Part shown: piece after piece, positions 38,301 through 49,215 of the stretch
Numbering within the stretch: position 1 is the first letter of the stretch
Layout: each line of letters begins with the position of its first letter
NCBI RefSeq assembly: GCF_006345805.1
Contig: NC_043022.1
Coordinates: 20,460,001 to 20,524,000, forward strand
Length of the DNA: 64,000 nucleotides
Reading direction: 5' to 3'
Source: Octopus sinensis
Taxonomy: Eukaryota
The notes under the pieces: model-generated
Databases searched by the model: none
What the model was told of the DNA's origin: nothing
What the model saw: only the letters and a program-made list of their open reading frames with translations
Position numbers and translations under genes: made by a program

Positions 38301-40790
38301 CAGGTGCTAAAGTCCACACCAGGTTTTATTGTCTGTTTTGGCCTGGTTTCTTTAGCTCAAAGCCAACCACTTCACAGAATGAACTGGATGCTTTTTACAT
38401 GGCACCAGCACCTACACTTTTAATGTGGTACCTTGGTTTCAGGACCCCAATTCTGCCATGTAAAGAGCATTGGTGCTGGTGCCATGTAAAAAGCATCCTG
38501 TACATTCTGTGAAGTGGTTGTGTTTGAGCCAAAGAAAGCAAGCCAAAACAGATTATGGAACCTGATGTGGACTTTGGCACCTACACCAATGTTTAGCGGT
38601 ATTTCGTCTACCGTTACGTTCTGAGTTCAAATTCCGCTGAGGTTGACTTTGCCTTTCATCCTTTTGGGGCCGATAAATTAAGTACCAGTTACGCACTGGG
38701 GTCGATGCAATTGACTTAATTCCTTTGACTGTCCTTGTTTGTACCCTCTATGTTTAGCCCCTTGTGGGCAATAAAGAAATAGGTTAAGCCCCCCACACAC
38801 ACTTAAATCATCTTTTTAAAATAAGCATTTCATTTCACTAGTTTTCACCAATTGAAATTGCTAATTTAAGTGGGGTGATCTAACCATAAGTGTATATGTG
38901 TCATCACTACTACCCTATATGGTGTTTGTCATGTGAAGCTGCAGAAATAAATGTTCACAAACACACATCCTCCATCTGTAGAAACCATGCCAAATCAGAC
39001 TGACGCTTGGGGCAACTCTCCAGCTTACCAATCCTAGTCAAACTGTTTAACCAATGCCAGCATGGAAAGCAGATGCTAAATGCTGACCACACACACACAC
39101 ACACAGAGGCATTCTCACCTCTAAGACAAAAAAAGATAAAGATGCATTGTATATATTGTATAAAGGTGCAGGAGTGGCTGTGTGGTAAGTAGCTTGTCTA
39201 CCAACCACATGGTTCCAAGTTCAGTCCCCACTGCGTGGCACCTTGGGCAAGTGTCTTCTACTATAGCCTCGGGCCGACCAAAGCCTTGTGAATGGATTTG
39301 GTAGACGGAAACTGAAAGAAGCCCGTCGTATATATGTATATATATATGCGTGTGTGTGTGTCTGTGTTTGTCCCCTAGCATTGCTTGACAACCGATGCTG
39401 GTGTGTTTATGTCCCCGTTACTTAGCGGTTCGGCAAAAGAGGCCGATAGAATAAGTACTGGGCTTATAAAAGAATAAGTCCCGGGGTTGAGTTGCTCGAT
39501 TAAAGGCGGTGCTCCAGCATGGCCGCAGTCAAATGACTGAAACAAGAAAAAGAGTAAAAGAGAGAGAGTATTTAGTCCTAGAAAAAAAAACAACAAAGTG
39601 CCAGGACGAGCCTTCCACCGTAGAATACTGCCACATACACAGACACACAAGGACATACACAAACACTTCTCTACTTACATGGTATCCGACAGCAGCACAA
39701 CGTTCATCACCAGAACATTTGGACAGCAGGACTGTTGGGTCTGGTGGAGCATCTTCGTCAGGGCTAAGTTTGTAGGAACACAAATTAAAAGCTACAATGA
39801 CAGAAAAAAACAAAGAAAAGACACTTAGAATGTTTTGCCTTATTTAATCCCTTGGTATTCAACCTGGTCATATCTGGCCAAAATATTCTACAAGTTTTAT
39901 GTTCAAAACCTCTCGAAAGAGCTGTTCTTCACTCCTGCTCCAGAGCGTCGGCTGCGGGGTCATTCCGAAAAGCTCTATCTGCGACGATTTCATCTCAATC
40001 GAAGGAGAGGGGCTTTCTCCGTCCGGGTTGCGGTACCGTTGAATAAGCTGCCGACGACCGCTCGGTTCAAAGTCTCCCTTGACCCCAAGTGGCCTGAACT
40101 CTTTACATGAACACCACCCTGTACATAACTCCATGTCCCCCTACATGGCCTTGCTTTTTGGTTTTTGAGCCAAAATTACCTAACTAATTAACATCTAGCC
40201 TCTCACACCAACCCTACAATGTCATTTGAAAAATTAACAACAACCTCATCAAAATCTCTGAGCTACAACATAATGCATGATTAATTCAAAACCATGTGAA
40301 TTATTAAGCATTGCTTTTGACAGAATAATGTGAATGCTAAGGGGTTAATAGATGCAGGTGTGGCTGTCTGGTAAGAAATTAACATCCCAACAACATGGTT
40401 CTGAGTTCAGTCCCACTGCATGGTACCTAAGGCAAATGTCTCCTTAATCACACAGCCAAGCTTGCATCAATCTGAAATGTGCTTTAGTTAGAAGCATAGT
40501 GAAGAAAAGGTTTATTAAAGCAGTTATATTCCTAAGAAATAAAATGAAAACCTGCTGCTTACATTTTGACTGGTCTTCCATCAATAGTATTACGTCTGTT
40601 GTATTGGAAGAGGGGAAAGGCAACATGGCTTGAACTGGAACATTGAGATGGTATTTCTGAAATAATAAAATACATAGGGAAATATTTAAAAATAAAACCA
40701 AATATATATCTGTGGTTTAATAAAGTATGTGATTGAGTATTATCTGGTAATTGATATTTGATTTAGATGTATTTCTCCATTTTCTTATCT

Positions 40791-40843
<53 letters not shown>

Positions 40844-43800
40844 CTATATAGTCCAACCCATGCTAGCATGGAGAACGGACGTTAAACGATGATGATGATG
40901 ATGATGATGATATATATATATATATTTTCATTCACACAAAAAAAAAAGCATACACTCGAAACATAAAAGACTTTCGTTTTCCCAAGCATCAAACTAATAC
41001 ACCTGCTTGCGTTTCACACACCTGTCTTCATCTTTTGTTTTTCTATAAATATCGGAGTGGCTGTGTGGTAAGTAGCTTGTTTACCAACCACATGGTTCCG
41101 GGTTCAGTCCCACTGCGTGGCACATTGGGCAAGTGTCTTCTACTATAGCCTTGGGCCGACCAAAGCCTTGTGAGTGAATTTGGTAGACGGAAACTGAAAG
41201 AAGCCCGTCGTATATATGTATATATATATATGTGTGTGTGTGTGTCTGTGTTTGTCCCCCTAGCATTGCTTGACAACCAATGCTGGCGTGTTTATGTCCC
41301 TGTTACTTAGCGGTTCGGCAAAAGAGACCGATAGAATAAGTACTGGGCTTACAAAAGAATTAGTCTCGGGGTCAAGTTGCTCGATTAAAGGCGGTGCTCC
41401 AGCATGGCCGCAGTCAAATGACTGAAACAAGTAAAAGAGTAAAAGAGAAAAAATACACACACACACACGTGGAAGCGCAATGGCCCAGTGGTTAGGGCAG
41501 AGGACTCACGGTTTCGATCCCCAGACTGGGTGTTGTGAGTATTTATTGAGCGGAAACACCTAAAAGCTGCATGAGGTTCCAGTGGGGGGTGATCCATGCT
41601 GTACTCTTTTCCACAATTTTCTCTCACTCTTTCTTCTGTTGGCCTGCTCACTTAGCCAGCGGGGTGGCGTCATTTGAAGGCTAAAGCAATGCGAAGCACA
41701 TTGTGACCAGCGATGTGTAGCAACATCTGACAGCCTGGTGGGTCACGGTGATATACATATATATATATAGATACATACATATATATATGTATATAATCTT
41801 TCACTTGTTTCAGTCATCAGACTGTGGTCATGCTGGAGCACCGCCTTTAGTCGAGCAAATTGACCCCAGGAGTTATTCTTTGTAAGCCTAGTACTTATTC
41901 TATCGTCACTTTTTGGCGAACCGCTAAGTTACCTTGAGGAATTTTAGCTGAATGTATTTCAGTACTTATTTTCTTTTTTAAGCCTGATACTTATTTTAGC
42001 AGTCTCTTTTGCCAAACTGCTAAGTTACAGAGATGTAAACACACACGAACACCAGTTGTCAAGCAGTGGGATTGGGGACAAACACAGATAAAAAAAGGAA
42101 TGAAAGATTGAAAATTTTATCAAGCTCACCTTAAGTAGAACGCCATCATTATAATCCCACTGGATAATAGTCTCATCAAGAGAACAGGACAGAATCTGTG
42201 AAATAAAGAAATCCTCAATATTTAAAATCTTCAAGAATGATAAATCACACTACAATGGACTGACCGAAGCTCTAGGAGTAAAATTTGTTAAGAATGACGA
42301 ATGATTGACACCTTTGACATTATACATTATTTACAATTGACGGATATTTGTCCTCATCTTATTTGTTGTTAACACAATGTTTCGGCTGATATACCCTCCA
42401 GCCTTCATCAGGTGTATTGGGGAAATTTCAAACCTGAGTTCTCATTCCTACGGTATTTTTCGATGTTGCTGTTGTTATCATTATATGGCGTAGTGGTTAA
42501 GAGCACGGGCTACTAACCCCAAGATTCCAAGTTCGATTCCAGGCAGTGACCTGAATAATAATAACATTGAAAAATACCTTAGGAACAAGAACCTAAGTTT
42601 GAAACTTCCCCAATACACCTGATGAAGGCTGGAGGGTATATTAGCCGAATCGTTGTGTTAACAACAAGCAAGATGAGGACAAATATCCGTCAATTGTAAA
42701 TAATTCCTCATCTCTTAAATATAGAACTTTGACATTATGTCGTGCATGAGAAGAAGACCCATCAAGTCAAGTAAAATGGCAGTTATTGCAGATACTGGTG
42801 TCACACAAATGGTACCCATCCTGGGGCAAGTAAAAGCACTCACTACACTCTCGAAGTGGTTGGTGTTGGGAAGGGCATCCAGCCATAGAAACCATGGCGG
42901 CAAGCTGGGCGAAATGCTTAGCAGTATTTCGTCTGAGTTCAAATTCCGCCGAGGTCAACTTTGCCTTTCATCCTTTCAGGGTCAATAAATTAAGTACCTG
43001 TTAAGCACTGGGGTCGATGTAATCGACTTAATCCCTTTGTCTGTCCCCTCTGTGTGTAGCCCCTTGAGGGCAATAAAGAAATAAGAAACCATGTCAAATC
43101 AGACTGGTGTCTGGTGCAGCCTTCCAGTTAGCCAACCCTGGTCAAACCATTTAACAGAACTTAAATGATAATGATGATGAAGGGAACTGAAGGAAAGCCC
43201 AGCAGATGAGAGAAAGATGAAACTCAGAGTAATAAGGGACATGATGTCTAGGACAAGTACTTGAGTTGCCTGTACTTTTACCCAGCTTTGATACCAGGTT
43301 AAACAGTGAGGTTGATATAATTGACTAAGACCTTTGAAAGTGGAGTCCCGTTGTGATTGCAATACAAAAACAGAAACCAACAAAAGAATAAAAGTAAAAT
43401 AAATTTTTAAAAATAAACAGCGAAAAATAAAGACAGCACTCACCTGTAATTTATTCATAGGGTGAACCACAACACCTGTGATTGTTTTCGTGTGACCCCG
43501 TAATTTATGTACACATTCACCTGTTTTCAAACTGTAGACCACTACAACTGTATTCGAGGCACAGATGAGCCATCTGAGAATAAAAGAGAGAAAAACTAAA
43601 TAGTGGGTCATCCCATAAATAATGCAGTTGTTTTTTTTTATACTGGCGATAGGAAGGGCATCCAGCTGTAGAAACACTGCCAGATCTGACTGGCCTGGTG
43701 CAGCCTTCTGGCTTCCCAGACCCCAGTTGAACCGTCCAACCCATGCTGGCATGGAAAGCGGACGTTAAACGATGATGAGGATGATGAAGATAAACAAAGT

Positions 43801-44577
43801 TCTTAAATAAAGTAAATAAAACACAAAGTAAATCAAATAAAAACACAAAGTAAGGACTGACTCACGATTAGCTAGCGCGAGTGCGAGCACCGGGACCAGT
43901 TTTCTTAAATAGTAACCCCAGATCCTTGTTAGTACTCGTATAAGTTGAGTAAGACGGACAAGCTTGTATTGGCTTTGAGTTGAGTATATATGTATACAAA
44001 GTTAATCCAAACATGAAAGCACAAAAAAAACACAACACGAGGACGTGGAACAAATATAGTATTATTGGACGCTCAGGAAGGAAGGGAAGAAGGAGGGTTT
44101 AACGTTTCCAGCGGAGCTCTTCGTCGGAAACATAGGAGAAGGAAGGATCCAGAGAATAGAAGACAGGAAAAAAATCGCCAACGGTACACACGCGGGCATA
44201 TTTTGGGAGAGATTGGATAACGTATTCTGGTAACATTTGGAATGTCTTTAACTATAGGCATGCTATATCAGAAATAGATCGACAGAAACTAAGCTAAAAA
44301 ACAAAAAAAAAAACAACAACAACGCCAGAATTAATCTCAATCTCACACTATAGGAACAAATCATTTTACGAATTTCCAATAAAACTGAACCAGATCATTA
44401 GGGAATTATTGCCGGGACTATAGACATATATAAATATACGCAGACACTTCGATATCTTTCAAGCAAGCAACGAATATTCATTTCTCAAGCGATTAAAATG
44501 ATGACTTACCTGGAATCGTATGAACAGATGGGTCGGTAGCCGACAAGATAGCCCGAACCTACGCTTACAATGGACAT
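16938..44577 (-). CDS. WDR75: WD repeat-containing protein 75 (UTP17/NAN1, SSU processome UTP-A subunit), 19 coding exons, ~758 aa
   Basis: 18 exons join in frame with collinear similarity to human WDR75 as recalled (FTCVSCHPNEQCLATG, HWHALPVMDL, FLPRLGAPI, NGKPGHLQFY, DASLLGV, FGRKSCFHLL, FIQSLL). The last exon is inferred from a strong acceptor. Confidence 0.92.
19487..19572 (-). CDS. WDR75: WDR75 exon 18
   Basis: LINIPAAVCPPVASFTGRFIQSLLAPRD-TC|gtaagt; aligns to human LLHTPAHVLPSAAFLCSMFVNSLL. Confidence 0.87.
19681..20076 (+). mobile_element. SINE family A, full length
   Basis: ggcgcaggagtggctgtgtggtaag...aatgactgaaacaagtaaaagagtaaaagag. Confidence 0.85.
21715..22075 (+). mobile_element. 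RTE 3'-tail copy (many others: ~4060-4350, 7081-7390, 16625-16825, 18335-18480, 26350-26655, 29692-30200, 34490-34650, 37240-37830, 43640-43790, 56200-56520, 61545-61810)
   Basis: gtggcacgtaaaaagcacccactacactc..gagtggttggcgttaggaagggcatccagc...aacccatgctagcatggaaaacggacg(t/c)taaacgatgatgat. Confidence 0.8.
22087..22221 (-). CDS. WDR75: WDR75 exon 17
   Basis: MTIPENLPENEFGLIIGKRRKLEKQPEPMETSANQPSYSSPLLRE|gtatgt. Confidence 0.85.
23474..23703 (-). CDS. WDR75: WDR75 exon 16
   Basis: YVFIPSESHPVYQEKDI...WQKNSQLYFMNSNQELLTI...RPGS|gtaagt. Confidence 0.9.
23829..24220 (+). mobile_element. SINE family A, full length
   Basis: Same family sequence. Confidence 0.85.
25639..25725 (-). CDS. WDR75: WDR75 exon 15
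   Basis: LWSVNVSVSCLTVDPDTEIMAAFTEDKC|gtaagt. Confidence 0.9.
26730..26821 (-). CDS. WDR75: WDR75 exon 14
   Basis: QLKFGRKSCFHLLVTTSESRLTVWNILTST|gtaagt. Confidence 0.9.
27719..27990 (-). mobile_element. SINE family A, 5'-truncated
   Basis: Same family sequence. Confidence 0.8.
28081..28267 (-). CDS. WDR75: WDR75 exon 13
   Basis: KETKWSCELEGFYRDYIPKDASFTEDASLLGVTFNHLITIWDPLT...|gtaagt. Confidence 0.92.
28826..29188 (-). mobile_element. SINE family B with an oppositely oriented truncated SINE B inserted at ~28913-29052
   Basis: Host taagtacc|agtt split, with ggta on both sides of the insert. Confidence 0.7.
29560..29692 (+). mobile_element. Degenerate tail-only copy of the same hammerhead-tail family
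   Basis: gaaaaataccttaggaatgagaacccaggttcgaaatttccccaagac...aacaacaaacaagatgag; ribozyme core partly deleted. Confidence 0.65.
30544..30725 (-). CDS. WDR75: WDR75 exon 12
   Basis: YILNTIITSPHLKHVNSLCF...VVTCSEDGMFKLWGLPPRDPSLS|gtaagt. Confidence 0.92.
31212..31620 (+). mobile_element. SINE family A, full length (opposite-strand fragment at ~31030-31155)
   Basis: Same family sequence. Confidence 0.82.
31742..31929 (-). CDS. WDR75: WDR75 exon 11
   Basis: LDVVGVNYISPENL...GEWLATLQHWEISGFDPEIHLKFWHYNSKKQ|gtaaat. Confidence 0.92.
32095..32230 (+). mobile_element. Second hammerhead-like (Penelope pLTR-like) repeat family; related copy on - at ~43985-44180
   Basis: CTGACGA A GAG ctcca CTC GAAA CATT (32108-32134); downstream sequence shared with the 44 kb copy. 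Confidence 0.5.
32647..32846 (-). CDS. WDR75: WDR75 exon 10
   Basis: ILVIDNSS...GLLYDPNKKALVSNGKPGHLQFYCMHTNKPLFN|gtaagt. Confidence 0.93.
33090..33494 (-). mobile_element. SINE family A, full length (another copy at ~34150-34422)
   Basis: Same family sequence. Confidence 0.85.
33904..34059 (-). CDS. WDR75: WDR75 exon 9
   Basis: TRLFSGGHECTLVTWHLLQQTRDFLPRLGAPIKAISVSPDNRLTVLCLSDN|gtaagt. Confidence 0.93.
34817..34905 (-). CDS. WDR75: WDR75 exon 8
   Basis: RRFLGSSKVIKTTNHWHALPVMDLRFSAE|gtcagt. Confidence 0.92.
36247..36345 (-). CDS. WDR75: WDR75 exon 7
   Basis: FDCQNEGRFTCVSCHPNEQCLATGSSDGRIII-W|gtttgt. Confidence 0.92.
36449..36832 (+). mobile_element. SINE family A, full length (diverged copy at ~35140-35500)
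   Basis: Same family sequence. Confidence 0.85.
37918..37988 (-). CDS. WDR75: WDR75 exon 6
   Basis: GRFVAAVTKLKLFIKDLQSNQSM|gtaagt. Confidence 0.87.
39166..39565 (+). mobile_element. SINE family A, full length
   Basis: Same family sequence. Confidence 0.85.
39679..39791 (-). CDS. WDR75: WDR75 exon 5
   Basis: FNLCSYKLSPDEDAPPDPTVLLSKCSGDERCAAVGYH|gtaagt. Confidence 0.85.
39844..40348. mobile_element. MITE family E containing a CR1 3'-end fragment (~39909-40190)
   Basis: TTAA ends; the insert is nearly identical to 11630-11917. Confidence 0.75.
40563..40656 (-). CDS. WDR75: WDR75 exon 4
   Basis: KYHLNVPVQAMLPFPSSNTTDVILLMEDQSK|gtaagc. Confidence 0.85.
41053..41448 (+). mobile_element. SINE family A, full length
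   Basis: Same family sequence. Confidence 0.85.
42130..42195 (-). CDS. WDR75: WDR75 exon 3
   Basis: ILSCSLDETIIQWDYNDGVLLK|gtgagc. Confidence 0.92.
42324..42726 (+). mobile_element. Second tRNA-head / hammerhead-tail element with inverted arm, 12-bp TSD
   Basis: TSD ctttgacattat at 42312-42323 and 42727-42738; A box TGGCGTAGTGG 42486-42496; B box GTTCGATTC 42531-42539; CTGATGA core in both arms. Confidence 0.75.
43444..43573 (-). CDS. WDR75: WDR75 exon 2
   Basis: WLICASNTVVVVYSLKTGECVHKLRGHTKTITGVVVHPMNKLQ|gtgagt. Confidence 0.92.
44510..44577 (-). CDS. WDR75: WDR75 exon 1
   Basis: ATG MSIVSVGSGYLVGYRPICSYDS-AG|gtaagt; aligns to human IRVVRCGGSELNFRRAVFSADSK. Confidence 0.85.
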
Positions 44578-44627
44578 ATTTAACAACACGTGCTAAATAC
44601 GAACGTCGCCATTAACAGCCAGACTAA

Positions 44628-44635
44628 GCGGAAGT
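44628..44635 (+). promoter_or_regulatory. ETS-like motif (GCGGAAGT) just upstream of WDR75
   Basis: Motif match ~50 nt upstream of the WDR75 ATG; function is inference only. Confidence 0.3.
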
Positions 44636-45059
44636 TGTCTCTTATCCACCGGTGTAAATCTTTTAATTTCCCCTCTACTAATTATTGTATACTGCAAGTT
44701 TTATTCCGTTGATTTGAAACCTGTTTATGTACCTATTTCTTTACTACCCACAAGGGGCTAAACATAGAGGGGACAAACGGATTAAGACCTGTTTAAGTAC
44801 CAATGCACAAAACTCTCGACCCTTGAGAATCACTCTGTAACTTATGTAATTAATAAAGAAAATTTGTATATTTTGAGTTCTATTTTCTTCTGTAACACCA
44901 AACTGGTACTTTCAACATTTTCTGGTGGTGTCATATCAATGTGTCACTGTTATTTATGACATTTCACATATCAGTTACGTTCGTATGAATAAAAGATTAT
45001 CGTTATTAAACTTTTATTAATAAATACATATTCTAAGTTCACAACATAAGCAGTTTTTT

Positions 45060-46064
45060 GGCGATCTTTCGTTTGTAGTAGCACGTTTCCGTCGATGATT
45101 TCCGTAAAAAACTTTTATTTTTTTTACATATGGGCTTGCGGGAACATTTGAAGTAATGAGAGCGAAAAAGACTAAGAGGGAGCGATTTTATGACGAGGGA
45201 ATTTCTTTTGAAGTTACCGAAGCATTGATGTACATGTGTGTGTGTGTGTGTTTGATGGGGTGTGGGAGACAGACAGTATGTTGTGTAAGTGAAGTGCTTC
45301 TGTTAGTGTGTGTGAAGAGACAGAGTAATGTGTGAAAGAAAGAGATAACTGAAATTTTTTACTCGGTGTATGTGTATCTGTATGTATGCATGTATGTGTG
45401 TGTGTATGTATCTATGTATGTGTGTGTGTGTATGTATCTATGTATGTGTGTGTGTATGTATGTATGGCCGATTCAGTGTAATTATTTACTCGGTGTATAT
45501 GTATATGTATGTCTGAATGTATGTGTGTGTGTGTGTATGTATGGCCGATTCAGTGTACACTGAATCGGCCATACATACATACATACACACACACATACAT
45601 AGATACATACACACATACATACACACACACATACATACACACACACATACATAGATACATACACACATACACACACACATACATACACACACACATACAT
45701 AGATACATACACACACACATACATATACACACACACCGAGTAAAAATCAGTTATCTCTCTCTTTCACACATTACTCTGTCTCTTCACACACACTAACAGA
45801 AGCACTTCACTTACACAACATACTGTCTGTCTCCCACACCCCATCAAACACACACACGCGCGCGCGCGCACACACACACACACACACACATGTACATCAA
45901 TGCTTCGGTAACTTCAAAAGAAATTCCCTCGTCATAAAATCGCTTCCTCTTAGTCTCTTTCGCTCTCATTACTTCAAATGTTCCCGCAAGCCCATATGTA
46001 AAAAAATAAAAGTTTTTTACGGAAATCATCGACGGAAACGTGCTACTACAAACGAAAGATCGCC
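45060..46064. mobile_element. Foldback element copy C: ~1 kb spacerless palindrome
   Basis: Centre atggccgattcagtgt|acactgaatcggccat at 45556/45557; arms ~497 and ~508 bp; no TSD seen. Confidence 0.75.
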
Positions 46065-47492
46065 CTAAGGGTCATAATTATGGGTGGACACTAAAGAGGG
46101 AACGGTTTTGTTATCCAGCTCTGTTTACGAGTGACCCCTCAGTTTATGGCCACAGGGTATCTTTTTTCTCATAAATAACAGTGACACATGGATATGATAC
46201 CGCCAGAAAATGTTGTTAACAAACTATGGTAGAAATTGTATTCACCTCAATAGACGTCACTGATTGGTTGAAATTGCCGAAATGCAAGAAATTAAACAAC
46301 AAATAGCTTACAAACTACAGAATTTTCTCAATAAAGCCAAGAGAAAAAGATGTTTTATGTAACACACTACCAGTAAACGAAGTTTAAAAGTGTTTAGTTA
46401 CAAAGAAATTATTTTTAAAATCTGCCGGTCAAAGCGAAAAGATCCCACAGAAGAACAAGCGTGCACACACACACACACACACACAGAGGAACAAGCACGC
46501 ACGCACAACCCATTAGCTTTCTCTTCCCAACTGACAATTGAGAAGACAACATGTGGTCACGGAAATTACCGAATTCTTTGTTTACATCATTTCGAGTCAA
46601 AACGAAAGATCGCCTTTCCATGCTCTCGGGGTCGATAAGATAAGTACCGCTAATCATTTAGCCCGGCAGGCTGGCGATTCTACTAGCTCACTGCCATAAT
46701 AGTTATTTCAAATTTTTTCCACAAGAGCAGCTTGGGGGATGTGGGAATTTGTCGATTACATCGATTCCAGTGCGTAACTTGTACTTATTTAATCGATCTT
46801 GAAAGAATGGAAGGCAAAGTCGACCTCGGCGGAATTTCAACTCAGAACGCAAAGACGGATGAAACACCGCTAAGCATTTCGCTCGGAGTGCTAACGATTC
46901 TTTTCTACTCTTGGCACAAGGCCCGAAATTTTGGGGGAGGAGGCCAGTTGATTAGATCGACCTCAGTACGCAACAGGTACTTAACTTATCGACCCTGAAA
47001 AGATGAAAGGCAAAGTCGACCTCGGTGGAATTTAGACTCAGAACGTAAAGACAGACGAAATAATGCTATGCATTTTCGCCCGACGTGCTTGCGATTGCAC
47101 CAGCTCGCTGCCCTATAGTTAAGAATATTGATGATCCCAAAGATTGCGCAGGTCTTATTGCTGAATGCTACGACGGTATTAAATCAATTTTTTTTTTTTT
47201 TTTACTTTGGAAACAGTCTCCTCGAGGGCCGTTTTAACAGAGTTATAAACCCTTAGGTAGAGCAATGCTTAGCGCTCCCACTCACTATGTACACAACAAC
47301 GCCATTAATAGATTAGCATTGGGTCCCTAGATTTGTGTGTCCATGCTTAAAGACAGCACAAATCTCCTCCAAGGCTATGGTAAAAAAAAAAATTACTAAA
47401 ACTGTCACCTGCTGGGATTGAACCGGAAACCGCGTGATTGTGAAGTCAACTTCTTAACCAGTGGCGGGATCTTATGAAATATTGTCCATCCT

Positions 47493-47627
47493 GCTTGCTT
47501 ACGAACCACATGGTTCCTGGTTCAGTCCCAATGCGTGACACATTGGGCAAGTGTCTTCTACTATAGCCTTGGGCCGACCAAAGCCTTGTGAGTGGATTTG
47601 GTAGACGGAACCTGAAAGACGCCCGTC

Positions 47628-47695
<68 letters not shown>

Positions 47696-47895
47696 TTGTG
47701 TTTCTGTGTTTGTCCCCCCAACATCGCTTGACAACCGATGGTGGTGTGTTTACGTCTCCGTAACTTAGCGGTTCGCCAAAAAGTGACCGATAGAATACGT
47801 ACTAGGCTTACAAAGAATAAGTCCTGGGGTCGATTTGCTCGACTAAAGGCGGTGCTCCAGCATGACCACAGTCAAATGACTGAAACAAGTAAAAG
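47493..47895 (+). mobile_element. SINE family A
   Basis: Same family sequence; head truncated. Confidence 0.8.
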
Positions 47896-48019
47896 TGTAA
47901 AATATAATTTGACAAAAATATAGTTTATATCACAGAGTGCATCGTAAGAGAATCTCAGAAATTTATTGGAGTCAGGCCTAAAGATAAGTAAAAAGCCTTT
48001 TGTTTACAAATTATAGCAT

Positions 48020-48496
48020 TATTATTTCTTTATTGCCCACAAGGGGCTAAATATAGAGGGGACAAACAAGGACAGACAAACGGATTAAGTCGATTATATC
48101 GACCCCAGTGCGTAACTGGTACTTATTTAATCGACCCCGAAAGGATGAAAGGCATAGTCGACCTCGGCGGAATTTGAACTCAGAACGTAGCGGCATCGAA
48201 ATACTGCTAAGCATTTCGCCCGGTGTGCTAACGCTTCTGCCAGCTCGCCGCCCTTATACAAATTATATGTTTCTTTATTACCCACAAGGGGCTAAACATA
48301 GTGGGGACAAACAAGGACAGACAAACGGATTAAGTCGATTATATCGACACAGTGCGTAACTGGTCCTTAATTTATCGACCCCGAAAGGATGAAAGGAAAA
48401 GTCGACCTCGGCGGAATTTGAACTCAGAACGTCAAGACAGACGAAATACAGCTACGCATTTCGCCCGGCGTGCTACCGATTCTGCCAGCTCGCCGC
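48020..48496 (-). mobile_element. Tandem dimer of SINE family B
   Basis: Two full units, each ending ccagctcgccgcccttatacaaattata on +. Confidence 0.8.
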
Positions 48497-48822
48497 CCTT
48501 ATACAAATTATAGCATTATGCACGCCATATAACAAACTGTAGACGCCCACATGTCACCAAAGTACCGCAGGTGACCCATTGCTTAATCTTACCATATGTA
48601 AATAGTCAGTCAAGTGACCTGTCCAATCACAGGCCTGCAGTTATATAACCCTCTGAACCATTCACTTACTTTCTTTTTGGAATACAAACCGCCCAATTGT
48701 CTCGTGTTAGATATTCCCAGTTCTAACAGTGCTGCATTTAGCTAAGCAATTTCAAGTTGAAAAGGTGGGTAACATTTTATTGTGTATGTGTTTGTTTGTT
48801 ATTATGTTCATTTATAAGAACA

Positions 48823-49215
48823 ACTAGCAGTATCGCCCGGCGTTGCTCGGGTTTGTTTCAACCCTTTAGAACTGGAATTTTTGAAAAGTAAAAATTTTGC
48901 ATTATGTAGTTTGTTATTCTCTTTAAGTGAACATTTTTCTGGTTGAAATACACCGAAAAATGGCGACACAGCAGTAAAAAAAAATCATAAAAAATAGGGA
49001 TTTTCATAGAAAAAAAAGTACCTTTTTGATGTAAATAATTTTTGGTATTAACATGGTCCGATTTGAATTTTATCTTCTACGGAAGGAAGAGTAAGCCTTC
49101 TTCTATCATACTCTCAGTTTTGGTGAACTTGCGCCGCAGGGTCTCGTAGGAGACAGTGTTAGTTGAAGGCTACCAAACCTGCCATACACAGACAACTTCA
49201 GCTTTATATATATAG
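48823..49215 (+). mobile_element. Helentron/HINE-like non-autonomous element (related: ~63387-63615 +, ~22360-22725 -, ~18980-19255, ~32904-33090, ~13480-14075)
   Basis: actagcagtatcgcccggcgttgctcggg start and ...gctttatatatatagagat end; terminal hairpins. Family assignment is inference. Confidence 0.55.

Noticed and set aside
42486-42545. Possible tRNA gene (also 62926-62990)
   Set aside because: No proper acceptor stem, and it continues into a repeated body; these are SINE heads
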